Part shown: piece after piece, positions 32,596 to 43,134 of the stretch
Layout: every line of letters starts with the position of its first letter
Numbering within the stretch: the stretch's first letter is position 1
From: an uncultured Solirubrobacterales bacterium
GTDB lineage: Bacteria > Actinomycetota > Thermoleophilia > Solirubrobacterales > JACPNS01
Length of the DNA: 64,000 nucleotides
Assembly (NCBI GenBank): GCA_937128795.1
Contig: CAKZMQ010000019.1
Location: forward strand, 45,571-109,570
Direction: 5' to 3'
Notes under the pieces: model-generated
Databases searched by the model: none
What the model was told of the DNA's origin: nothing
The model's input: only the letters and a program-made list of their open reading frames with translations
Made by a program: the position numbers and the translations under genes

Positions 32596-32713
32596 GTGAG
32601 AGTTAAGTTAGAGGCAGCGGGCGCGGCAAGGCTGCGGTGGGCAGCACACAATTCGGTAGAGCAATTTTCGACCCGTCGAACAGTGAAACACGCTTGAGGA
32701 TGAAAACGAGCGG

Positions 32714-33835
32714 TTAGACGGCGCGAATGTGCCGAATCGGCGGGTCTTCCTCATTGGATTCGCCGTTCTGAGCGGCGATCCGCTTTGCGAAGCCGACGAG
32801 TGCGCGCCTGTAGTCGGCCAGCGAACGGAGGGAGACGTATTCGTGCGGGCCGTGGTGGCCGGCTCCCACGGGGCCGAATTCGACTGCCGGGATGCCCTGG
32901 CCGAGGAACGCGGTGGCTTCGGAACTTCCGTCGCGACCGACCAACTGAGCGCCGTCGACTCCGCAGTCTGCCAGCGACTGGTGCAATGCCGCGACAAACT
33001 CGTTGTCGTTGGCGACGTAGGCGGGTTCGCGTTCGAAGACGACCTCGACGGCGATGTCGTCGATCGCCTTGATGTCGGCGAGGATTGCCTCTGGGTCTTG
33101 GCCCGGGACGTAGCGGATGTCGACCTCCATGATGCAGGTGTCGGGCACTTTGTTGATCGCGTCGCCGCCCTCGATGCGGCCGAGGTTGATGCTCGGGCGG
33201 TCGAAGAAGTCGGAGGAGGCGCGTGCGAACTCCATGCCCTCGATGCGGCGGAAGACGTCTGCCGCTTTGAGGACGGCGTTGTCGCCGAGCCACGGGGTTG
33301 AGCCGTGGGCGGCGGTACCGCTGACGCTGAGCCTGAGGGCGAGAACACCTTTGGCCTGTACGCCCACGTGAAGGTTGGTCGGTTCGCCGGTGATCGCGAA
33401 GTCGCCGCCGTAGCCGCGCTCGACAAGGACGTCGGTGCCGCGGATGCCCATCGACTCGGACTCCTCGTCGGCGACGCAGAGAAAGCGCACCTCCACACCT
33501 TGCTCGTCGCGCAGGTCGCGGAGCGCGCACATCATCGCGGCGAGGGCTGCCTTCATGTCGTAGGCGCCGCGGCCGATCAACTCATCCCCCTCGACGCGCG
33601 GCTTGAACTGACCCGGCTTTCCGGGGACGACGTCGATGTGGCCGTGAAAAACGATGATCGGTCCGTTGCCCTGAGTGCTCGTTATCAGCACAGGCAGACC
33701 GGCGACCTCCATCTCCTCAATCTCAAATCCGTTCGACTCCAGCCAGCCCTTGATGAAGCTGACGCCGGTCGTGATCCCCGCCGGCGTCGAGGTGTCATAC
33801 GCCATCAGGCGCTTCGCCAGATCATGCTCGTCCAT
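32714..33835 (-). CDS. M20-family metallopeptidase (ArgE/DapE-like deacylase)
   Basis: HGHIDVVPG, CVADEESES (metal-ligand DEE region). 373 aa. Confidence 0.8.
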   Translation of the reverse strand: MDEHDLAKRLMAYDTSTPAGITTGVSFIKGWLESNGFEIEEMEVAGLPVLITSTQGNGPIIVFHGHIDVVPGKPGQFKPRVEGDELIGRGAYDMKAALAAMMCALRDLRDEQGVEVRFLCVADEESESMGIRGTDVLVERGYGGDFAITGEPTNLHVGVQAKGVLALRLSVSGTAAHGSTPWLGDNAVLKAADVFRRIEGMEFARASSDFFDRPSINLGRIEGGDAINKVPDTCIMEVDIRYVPGQDPEAILADIKAIDDIAVEVVFEREPAYVANDNEFVAALHQSLADCGVDGAQLVGRDGSSEATAFLGQGIPAVEFGPVGAGHHGPHEYVSLRSLADYRRALVGFAKRIAAQNGESNEEDPPIRHIRAV

Positions 33836-33850
33836 CTACTCAGCCTACCC

Positions 33851-33914
33851 CTTGCAAGGTCCGAGGTTGCAAGCCAAATCAGGCGAATCCCGCTTGCAAC
33901 CTCGGACCTTGCAA
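33851..33914. repeat. REP-like palindromic element copy 2; terminator after atpC
   Basis: CTTGCAAGGTCCGAGGTTGCAAGC (33851-33874), 17-nt loop, GCTTGCAACCTCGGACCTTGCAA (33892-33914). The arm sequences are the same as copy 1. It lies directly downstream of the atpC stop (33917). Confidence 0.8.
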
Positions 33915-33916
33915 TG

Positions 33917-34330
33917 TTAGGTTTGGGCTTCGGCGATTTCTATGAAGCGTTGGATGCGGTGGATGTCGCGTTCGGCGAGGTCGTGGGCGGCTGAGCCGTC
34001 CTCGGATGCTTCCAGGCGAGTGGTTGCTTCTTCGAGCTTGGCGTTCAAATCGTCGAGCTTGAGGTCGGCGATTGGGGTCGCCTCCTCAACCAGAAGCAAC
34101 GCTTGGTTGTTGGCCATCTGCAGGTAGCCCTCGCCCTGGGCGAAGCTGACGACTTCTGAGTCGTCGACGTGCAACCGCAGCTCGGCCGGGTTGAGCATCG
34201 CCATCAGCGGCTCGTGGTTGGCCTTGATGCCGAGCGAGCCATCGACGGTGCGGGTCGAGACCATCTCGACCTCGCCGCTGTAGGCGGCGCCATCGGGGGT
34301 CATCACTTCAACTGGGAATGTTGTTGCCAT
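33917..34330 (-). CDS. atpC: F1 ATP synthase epsilon subunit
   Basis: 137 aa. Position after atpD. ..VEVMTPDG..VSTRTVDGSLGIKANHEPLMA... Confidence 0.9.
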   Translation of the reverse strand: MATTFPVEVMTPDGAAYSGEVEMVSTRTVDGSLGIKANHEPLMAMLNPAELRLHVDDSEVVSFAQGEGYLQMANNQALLLVEEATPIADLKLDDLNAKLEEATTRLEASEDGSAAHDLAERDIHRIQRFIEIAEAQT

Positions 34331-34357
34331 GGTGGTTGGTTACCTGCGAGCCCTCGC

Positions 34358-35782
<1,425 letters not shown>

Positions 35783-35850
35783 CTAGGTGCTCCTCGGTCT
35801 TTAATTAGACGCTGTTTCTCTTGGTCGTGGGCGGTCGCTGCGGGATATCC

Positions 35851-36777
35851 CTACAGACCTTCCGCACCGCCGACGACTTCCAAAATCTCTTGCGTGATCG
35901 CAGCCTGACGCTGCCTGTTCATTTCCAAAGTGAGGTTCTTGATCATCTCGCTGGCGTTGTCCGACGCACTGCGCATCGCCGTCATCTTCGCGCCCATTTC
36001 ACTGGCTGCGCTTTCGAGCAGCGCGCGGTAGATCGTGATCTCTACGAAGTCGGGGATCAGGCGCTTGAGCAGCTCTTCCGGCGCGGGCTCGTAGTCCCAG
36101 AGCGGCTCGGTCTCGCCCTCGACCATTTCGTGTTGCTCGTCGAGCGATTCGGCGTCGTCATCGTCCGACAGTCCCCCGTGAAGGATCTGCGCCTCGGCGA
36201 GCGGCAGAATGCGCTGACGCGTGACGACCTGGGTAAGCGGCGAGAGGTAGCTGTTGTAGACGATGTCGACCTGGTCGACCTTGCCGTCGATGTACTGGGC
36301 GATCAATTCGGTGGCGATCTCGCGAGCGTTGTGGTATTCGGGGCGATCGGTGAAACCGGTGAAGGCACGCGACGGCTCCATGTCGCGGAAGTTCAGCGAG
36401 CTGTCGATGCGGCGGCCGACGGCGAACAGCGTGACGTCGCGGCCCTCGTCGATCTCTTCCTGGCGCGCAGCCACGCCTGAACGAATGATCTGGGTGTTGA
36501 ATGACCCCGCCAATCCGCGATCGCCGGCCATCAGCAGCAGGCCGACGTTGTTGACTTCCTCGTGCGGATTCAGAATCGGCAGATCGGGAATCGATCCGGC
36601 GGCGGCCGCAGCCGTGCGCGTCATCGTCTCGATCGTGTCGGCATAGGGCCGGAGCGCCTGGATGCGCTGCTCGGCACGGCGCAGGCGAGCGGCCGCAACC
36701 ATCTGCATCGCAGAAGTGATCTTCTGGATGTTCTTGACCGAACCAATGCGGTTCGCTGTGTCCTTCTGGGATGCCAC
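35851..36777 (-). CDS. atpG: F1 ATP synthase gamma subunit
   Basis: N-terminal RIGSVKNIQKITSAMQMVAAARLRRAE and C-terminal ..NRQRQAAITQEILEVV... Confidence 0.93.
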   Translation of the reverse strand: MASQKDTANRIGSVKNIQKITSAMQMVAAARLRRAEQRIQALRPYADTIETMTRTAAAAAGSIPDLPILNPHEEVNNVGLLLMAGDRGLAGSFNTQIIRSGVAARQEEIDEGRDVTLFAVGRRIDSSLNFRDMEPSRAFTGFTDRPEYHNAREIATELIAQYIDGKVDQVDIVYNSYLSPLTQVVTRQRILPLAEAQILHGGLSDDDDAESLDEQHEMVEGETEPLWDYEPAPEELLKRLIPDFVEITIYRALLESAASEMGAKMTAMRSASDNASEMIKNLTLEMNRQRQAAITQEILEVVGGAEGL

Positions 36778-36801
36778 GGGTGCGGGTTTCCGTCAATCGC
36801 G

Positions 36802-38430
<1,629 letters not shown>

Positions 38431-38496
38431 TTTGCTCTTGCTCCTAATTAAGGAATTGAATTTGCGGCGACCCGACCTGTCAAATGAACAGGTGGA

Positions 38497-39030
38497 TCAG
38501 GCCGCCGTTGCTACCTGCCTGCGCAGGCGTTCAAGACTTCCGCGGATTGACGCGTCCAACACGAGATTTCCAACCTGAAGCACGATGCCGCCGACCACCG
38601 AGTCGTCGACGCGGCCGTCCAGCTCGACCTTGCGGCCGGTCTGCGCCTCGACGCTCTTGCCGATCATCTCGATCGTTTCCCGGGGGAGTTCGACGGCGCT
38701 CGTGACCGTCACCGGGAGCAACTTGTGATGCTCGGCCCAGTGGGTTTCGTACTGATCGCGAATCCTCGAGATCGCCGGTAGGCGGTGCTTCTCGACCAGC
38801 AGGTCGAGGAAGTTCGTGAACTCGGGCGTCGCACCCTCGATCACGCGCGACAGACCTTCCGCCTTTTCCTTGTTCGAGAAGTACGGCGAGAACAGGAAGA
38901 GGCGCAGGTCATCGCTGCCATCGATGGCGGCGGTGAACTGTTCGAGCTCGGTCTTGAGCTCGTCCACCTTGCCCGACGACTCGGCAGCTTCGAAAAGCGA
39001 CCTTGCGTAGATGCGTGCGATTTCTTCCAT
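38497..39030 (-). CDS. atpH: F1 ATP synthase delta (OSCP) subunit
   Basis: 177 aa. IARIYARSLFEAA.. N-terminus. Position between atpF and atpA. Confidence 0.88.
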   Translation of the reverse strand: MEEIARIYARSLFEAAESSGKVDELKTELEQFTAAIDGSDDLRLFLFSPYFSNKEKAEGLSRVIEGATPEFTNFLDLLVEKHRLPAISRIRDQYETHWAEHHKLLPVTVTSAVELPRETIEMIGKSVEAQTGRKVELDGRVDDSVVGGIVLQVGNLVLDASIRGSLERLRRQVATAA

Positions 39031-39069
39031 GGTCTGTGTTGGCCTATTGGTTTCTGTTGGACTGCTTGA

Positions 39070-39657
39070 TTAGTTGTTCTTCGCGTCACCGGCGAGGGCG
39101 GAGAAGTCCACCTCGGCCAGTGCCTCTTCGATCAGGCGCTGTTGGTCGTCGCCCGTGAGCGACTTGCGCGTGACCTTTTCGGTTGCGATGACCGTGAGGT
39201 TTGCCACCTCGCGGCGGAGGTCCTGGAGCGACTTCTCGGTCTCCAGTTGGATCTCGCGACGAGTCTGCTCGAGCAGCTCCTCGCGCTCCTTCTTGCCGAG
39301 CTCGATTGCGTCGACTTCGCGCTGGTCTGCCGTCTTGCGGGCGCGGGCGAGGATCTCGTCCGCCTGCTCGCGCGCCTCGGCGAGACGCTGGCGGTAGTCG
39401 GCCAGTAGCGAGTCGGCTTCGACGCGCTGCGTCTCCGCGTACTTGATCGATTCATCGATCATGTTCGTACGCGCGTCGATCGCCTCTTGAATGCGCGGCA
39501 GCGCCACCTTCGTCAGGACGATGAAAACGATCCCGAAGGTGATCAGCGTCCAGATCATCAAGCCCCAGCTGGGCGAGACCAGGAACGACGAGGATTCCTC
39601 CTCGGCGCCCGGCGCAGTCGCTGCCAGAGGCACGATTGTGTTGATCAGGTTGATCAT
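39070..39657 (-). CDS. atpF: Fo ATP synthase b subunit
   Basis: Single N-terminal TM (GLMIWTLITFGIVFIVL) followed by a long charged helix. Operon position. Confidence 0.88.
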   Translation of the reverse strand: MINLINTIVPLAATAPGAEEESSSFLVSPSWGLMIWTLITFGIVFIVLTKVALPRIQEAIDARTNMIDESIKYAETQRVEADSLLADYRQRLAEAREQADEILARARKTADQREVDAIELGKKEREELLEQTRREIQLETEKSLQDLRREVANLTVIATEKVTRKSLTGDDQQRLIEEALAEVDFSALAGDAKNN

Positions 39658-39690
39658 CGCTTCTTACTCCTAAACGGTTGCTTGATCGCT

Positions 39691-40008
<318 letters not shown>

Positions 40009-40024
40009 TTAGTGGTCGAGCTGG

Positions 40025-40963
40025 CTAATGGTCATGGGAGACGGCGCTACCCATGTAGATGGCGGAAAGAATCGCGAAGATGAAGGCCTGCAGACTGGCG
40101 ATCAGGCCGACTTCGAAGAGGTAGAAGGCGATGCCGATGATCAGCGACGGGAAGACGAACACGCTGCCGAGCAGCACGATCATTCCGCCGGACATGATCA
40201 GGATCAGCATGTGGCCGGCGAGCATGTTGGCGAACAGTCGAACCGACAGCGACACGAGACGCAGGAAGTGCGAGAGCGCTTCGATCATCCAGACGACGAT
40301 CGCGATGCCCTTGCCCAGTCCCGACGGCGACCAGGTCTTGAGATAGCCGATCGGACCGTGTTCGCGAACGCCCTCGATGTGGTAGGCGATCCAGACGACG
40401 ATCGCGAGCGCCAGCGGCACGGAAATGTTCGAGGTGGCGGCGTAAAGCTGGAAGGTCGGCAGGCTCAGACCGAAGACGTCAACACTGTGCTCGGTGTTGA
40501 TCGGGAGCGGGATGTAACTGAGGATGTTCGAGAACCAGACGAAGAAGAACAGCGTCGCGATGAATCCGAACCATTTCTGTGCGATGCCGACGTTCTTGAT
40601 GTTCGCCGCGACGATCGTCTTCTCGACCAGTTCGTAGCCAGCCTCCACGACGAACTGGATACGTCCCGGCTTCTTAGTGGGGTTGGCGACCATCTTCTTC
40701 GAGATGTAGACAAGCGTGAGAACGGTCGCAAGCCCAGCGAACCAGAGCATGAACACGGCCTTGTTGATCGACATGTCGAACGGACCGATGTTGATCTCGA
40801 CCCACGGGTCGAGGCGAAACTCGTTCTGCGGTTTGAAGTCCTCGTTGATCTCGATCGCGTGCGCGGCGACGGGGTTCGAGAGCAAGAATGCGCCGATCGG
40901 CAGCGTGATCGCGAGGTAGCGAGCGCGGGCGCTCGAACGAAGACTGGAAATCCTCCCGATCAC
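40025..40963 (-). CDS. atpB: Fo ATP synthase a subunit
   Basis: Conserved Arg region LSVRLFANMLAGH. GTG 40963 overlaps the stop of the upstream membrane gene (GTGA) and follows GGGAGCAGGGAA. The ORF-track extension to 41251 is Arg/Pro-rich junk in another gene's space. Confidence 0.9.
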   Translation of the reverse strand: MIGRISSLRSSARARYLAITLPIGAFLLSNPVAAHAIEINEDFKPQNEFRLDPWVEINIGPFDMSINKAVFMLWFAGLATVLTLVYISKKMVANPTKKPGRIQFVVEAGYELVEKTIVAANIKNVGIAQKWFGFIATLFFFVWFSNILSYIPLPINTEHSVDVFGLSLPTFQLYAATSNISVPLALAIVVWIAYHIEGVREHGPIGYLKTWSPSGLGKGIAIVVWMIEALSHFLRLVSLSVRLFANMLAGHMLILIMSGGMIVLLGSVFVFPSLIIGIAFYLFEVGLIASLQAFIFAILSAIYMGSAVSHDH

Positions 40964-41400
40964 TTCCCTGCTCCCTTGACGGCCTCGGACTCTTCGAAGA
41001 GCCGGCCGATCACGCGTGCTGCGAAGTATGCGGTGAAGACGACCATCATCAGGATCACGCCGTAGACGCCGGCGTCGCGGTCGATCAGACCGAGGATTAG
41101 CAGGGCGGTTGCGACCGTCCATGCGCGCGCGAGCGCACCGCCGGCGAGGATGCCGATGACCTTTTTCGGGTCGGTCGCGCCTTCGACGCGGCTGTCGAGA
41201 AAGACTTGGAGGGCGAACTGCAGGATCCAGACGAGGGTTACGGCGCCCCACGCAAGTACTGGCCAGCCAGCGGCAAGAAAGATTGGAAGCGCGATCGCGA
41301 GAACGACGAAGTCAGGACGACGGAGTAAAAAGCGGAAGACGGTGCCGCCCGCAGAGCCCGAACCGGCAGAGCCGGTGGTCGTCAGGACGGCGGAAGACAT
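40960..41400 (-). CDS. Small 4-TM membrane protein in the AtpI position of the atp operon
   Basis: 146 aa with four hydrophobic segments. Translationally coupled to atpB. Family not recognised from sequence alone. Confidence 0.6.
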   Translation of the reverse strand: MSSAVLTTTGSAGSGSAGGTVFRFLLRRPDFVVLAIALPIFLAAGWPVLAWGAVTLVWILQFALQVFLDSRVEGATDPKKVIGILAGGALARAWTVATALLILGLIDRDAGVYGVILMMVVFTAYFAARVIGRLFEESEAVKGAGK

Positions 41401-41953
41401 GCACGCACTCCGCGGCGATCCAAGTAGTTGAGCAAGCTGGCCTTGCGGACATTCTCAAGCGAGGTGCCGGCAGGGCGCAGGCCTTTCATCCGCACCTCGC
41501 CACAACGCGTACGCGCTGACCGCTCGTCGCGGTCACGTTTGCTGAGGAATGCCCAACAGTCTGCATGGCTGCGCGCGGATGATCCATCGTTGTGGGGAAA
41601 GGTGTTCATGAGTGATGTACGGAACGCGTGCTGCGCCGGTCGAGTCCGTTTCAGTTCGTAGATCTCGCCGTGTGAAGCGACAGAACGTTGCGGGGGCTCA
41701 GTTGGCGACTCGGTAGGGCGGCTAGGCCACATGCCTCGTCGTGTTCCGTTGAGAAAGATACAACATCGCACAAAGTCTTCTGGTGCCTTTTGTGACTAGG
41801 TTTGATGCGGGTTTCCACCGGTTTGCGAACTTGAGCTGCGTCGCAAGCTCATGGAAAACTCGCAAATATCGATTGCTCGCCGTACCTAGGAAGTGGACGG
41901 GGCAGACTAGGCCTGACTTTCTAGACACCGATGCCCGCTGCCATAGAAGGTCG

Positions 41954-42547
41954 CTACCTGAGTGAGGCAGCGCCGGATTGCGGCCTAATCCCTTTGAATG
42001 CGGTTATCGAGGCATCGTCCTCCGGAAAGCTGGCTATCAGCGCGTCTGTGAGCACGTAAGTCGGGACCGGGGCGCTGACCGGGCGCTTAGTACCAACGAT
42101 TTTCCGCCAGTAAAGCGCCGGGGCGACATTGCCAATCACACCGACGAACCCAGCGTTCGGTTCCGACTCGTCGACGTGGTCACCACTAGACCAATCGCGC
42201 AGATCAAAAAATGGCAACACCGTCGCTCCAAACTTATTTGCAGCTTTTCGGTCGGGAAAAACGGCGAATTCAAAGTCCACTTCGGACCCGTACTTGTCAG
42301 CTGCCGTACCTGAAACAACTTTGGCACGACCGCCCCGAGCTAACCGCGTTCGATTCATCTCGAGCTCTAGACCGGCCTCCGAGGTGAACGATTTGAGTTC
42401 AGTCACAACTTGCTCGACCGAAACGACACTGTTGGATGAACCGGGGACTTCTAGCGGTTGAACTGTCCCGCAACCAGACGAGATGAGTGCGTAGGCAAGG
42501 AGCATCACAATCGCCGCTGTGGCGCCGATGCGTTCAATTCGATTCAT
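41954..42547 (-). CDS. Lipoprotein (hypothetical), third gene of the giant-protein module
   Basis: ATG 42547. MNRIERIGATAAIVMLLAYALISSGCG is a signal peptide with lipobox L-I-S-S-G-C. Lower-GC codons. 14-nt gap after the upstream stop. Confidence 0.65.
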   Translation of the reverse strand: MNRIERIGATAAIVMLLAYALISSGCGTVQPLEVPGSSNSVVSVEQVVTELKSFTSEAGLELEMNRTRLARGGRAKVVSGTAADKYGSEVDFEFAVFPDRKAANKFGATVLPFFDLRDWSSGDHVDESEPNAGFVGVIGNVAPALYWRKIVGTKRPVSAPVPTYVLTDALIASFPEDDASITAFKGIRPQSGAASLR

Positions 42548-42561
42548 GTCGCTACCGCCGC

Positions 42562-43134
42562 TCAATTCTGCGTCACCAATGAATCGATCCCTACTTGGCC
42601 GGCAACCGACGTGAGCAGGTCCGTTGCGAGCCTGATTCTATTTGCTGTGATCGTCTCGTACTGCTCGAGGTTTTCACCAAATGCTCTCTCGGCGTTTGGA
42701 TAGAACTCAAGATTTCGCACTGAGTCGCGGTACGCCAATTGAAGCGATGAGTACGGGACGAATGGCCTCCATTGATTGATGCTGCTATTGGCAGACGGCC
42801 GATCACGATCCCAGATCACTATGGCAAAATCCAGCGTGTTTTCAGGAGTCTCCTCCCCCCTCACGGCCGACCCCAAAATTACTCCCTCGAGAGGGAGCGA
42901 CGACGGTGGATCCATGAGGTAGGCGTGCACGCGAGCATTGGGCGTTTCTCGGAGCCCTTCGAACACTGTTTCGACCGTAAAGGGGGTCGACTCAGATCCA
43001 CGAGTGCTCACGTAGATGGCACCGAACGCGCAAACAAGAACTGTTGCGAACAATGCGGCAATATAGGCCTTCTTTTTGGAGGAGCGCATTGTGGCGGAAG
43101 CGTCATCGTCGATGCGTGAAAAAATCGATTTCAT
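42562..43134 (-). CDS. Signal-anchored exported protein (hypothetical), second gene of the giant-protein module
   Basis: ATG 43134 shares its A with the TAA stop of the giant gene (TAATG). KKKAYIAALFATVLVCAFGAIYV is a basic n-region plus TM. Lower GC. Confidence 0.6.
   Translation of the reverse strand: MKSIFSRIDDDASATMRSSKKKAYIAALFATVLVCAFGAIYVSTRGSESTPFTVETVFEGLRETPNARVHAYLMDPPSSLPLEGVILGSAVRGEETPENTLDFAIVIWDRDRPSANSSINQWRPFVPYSSLQLAYRDSVRNLEFYPNAERAFGENLEQYETITANRIRLATDLLTSVAGQVGIDSLVTQN

Noticed and set aside
32608-33530. 296-aa and 259-aa minus-strand ORFs.
   Set aside because: They are alternative frames of the M20 peptidase gene, with Arg/Pro/Ser-rich translations.
40964-41251. ORF-track N-terminal extension of atpB (408 aa).
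   Set aside because: The extension is Arg/Pro-rich and overlaps the 4-TM AtpI-position gene. GTG 40963, with a GTGA overlap and an upstream purine-rich RBS, gives a normal-sized a subunit.
41382-41771. 129-aa (minus) and 77-aa (plus, 41428-41661) ORFs upstream of the atp operon.
   Set aside because: The translations are Arg/Ser/Cys-rich with no hydrophobic core or motifs, GC3 is atypical, and one overlaps the start of the AtpI-position gene.
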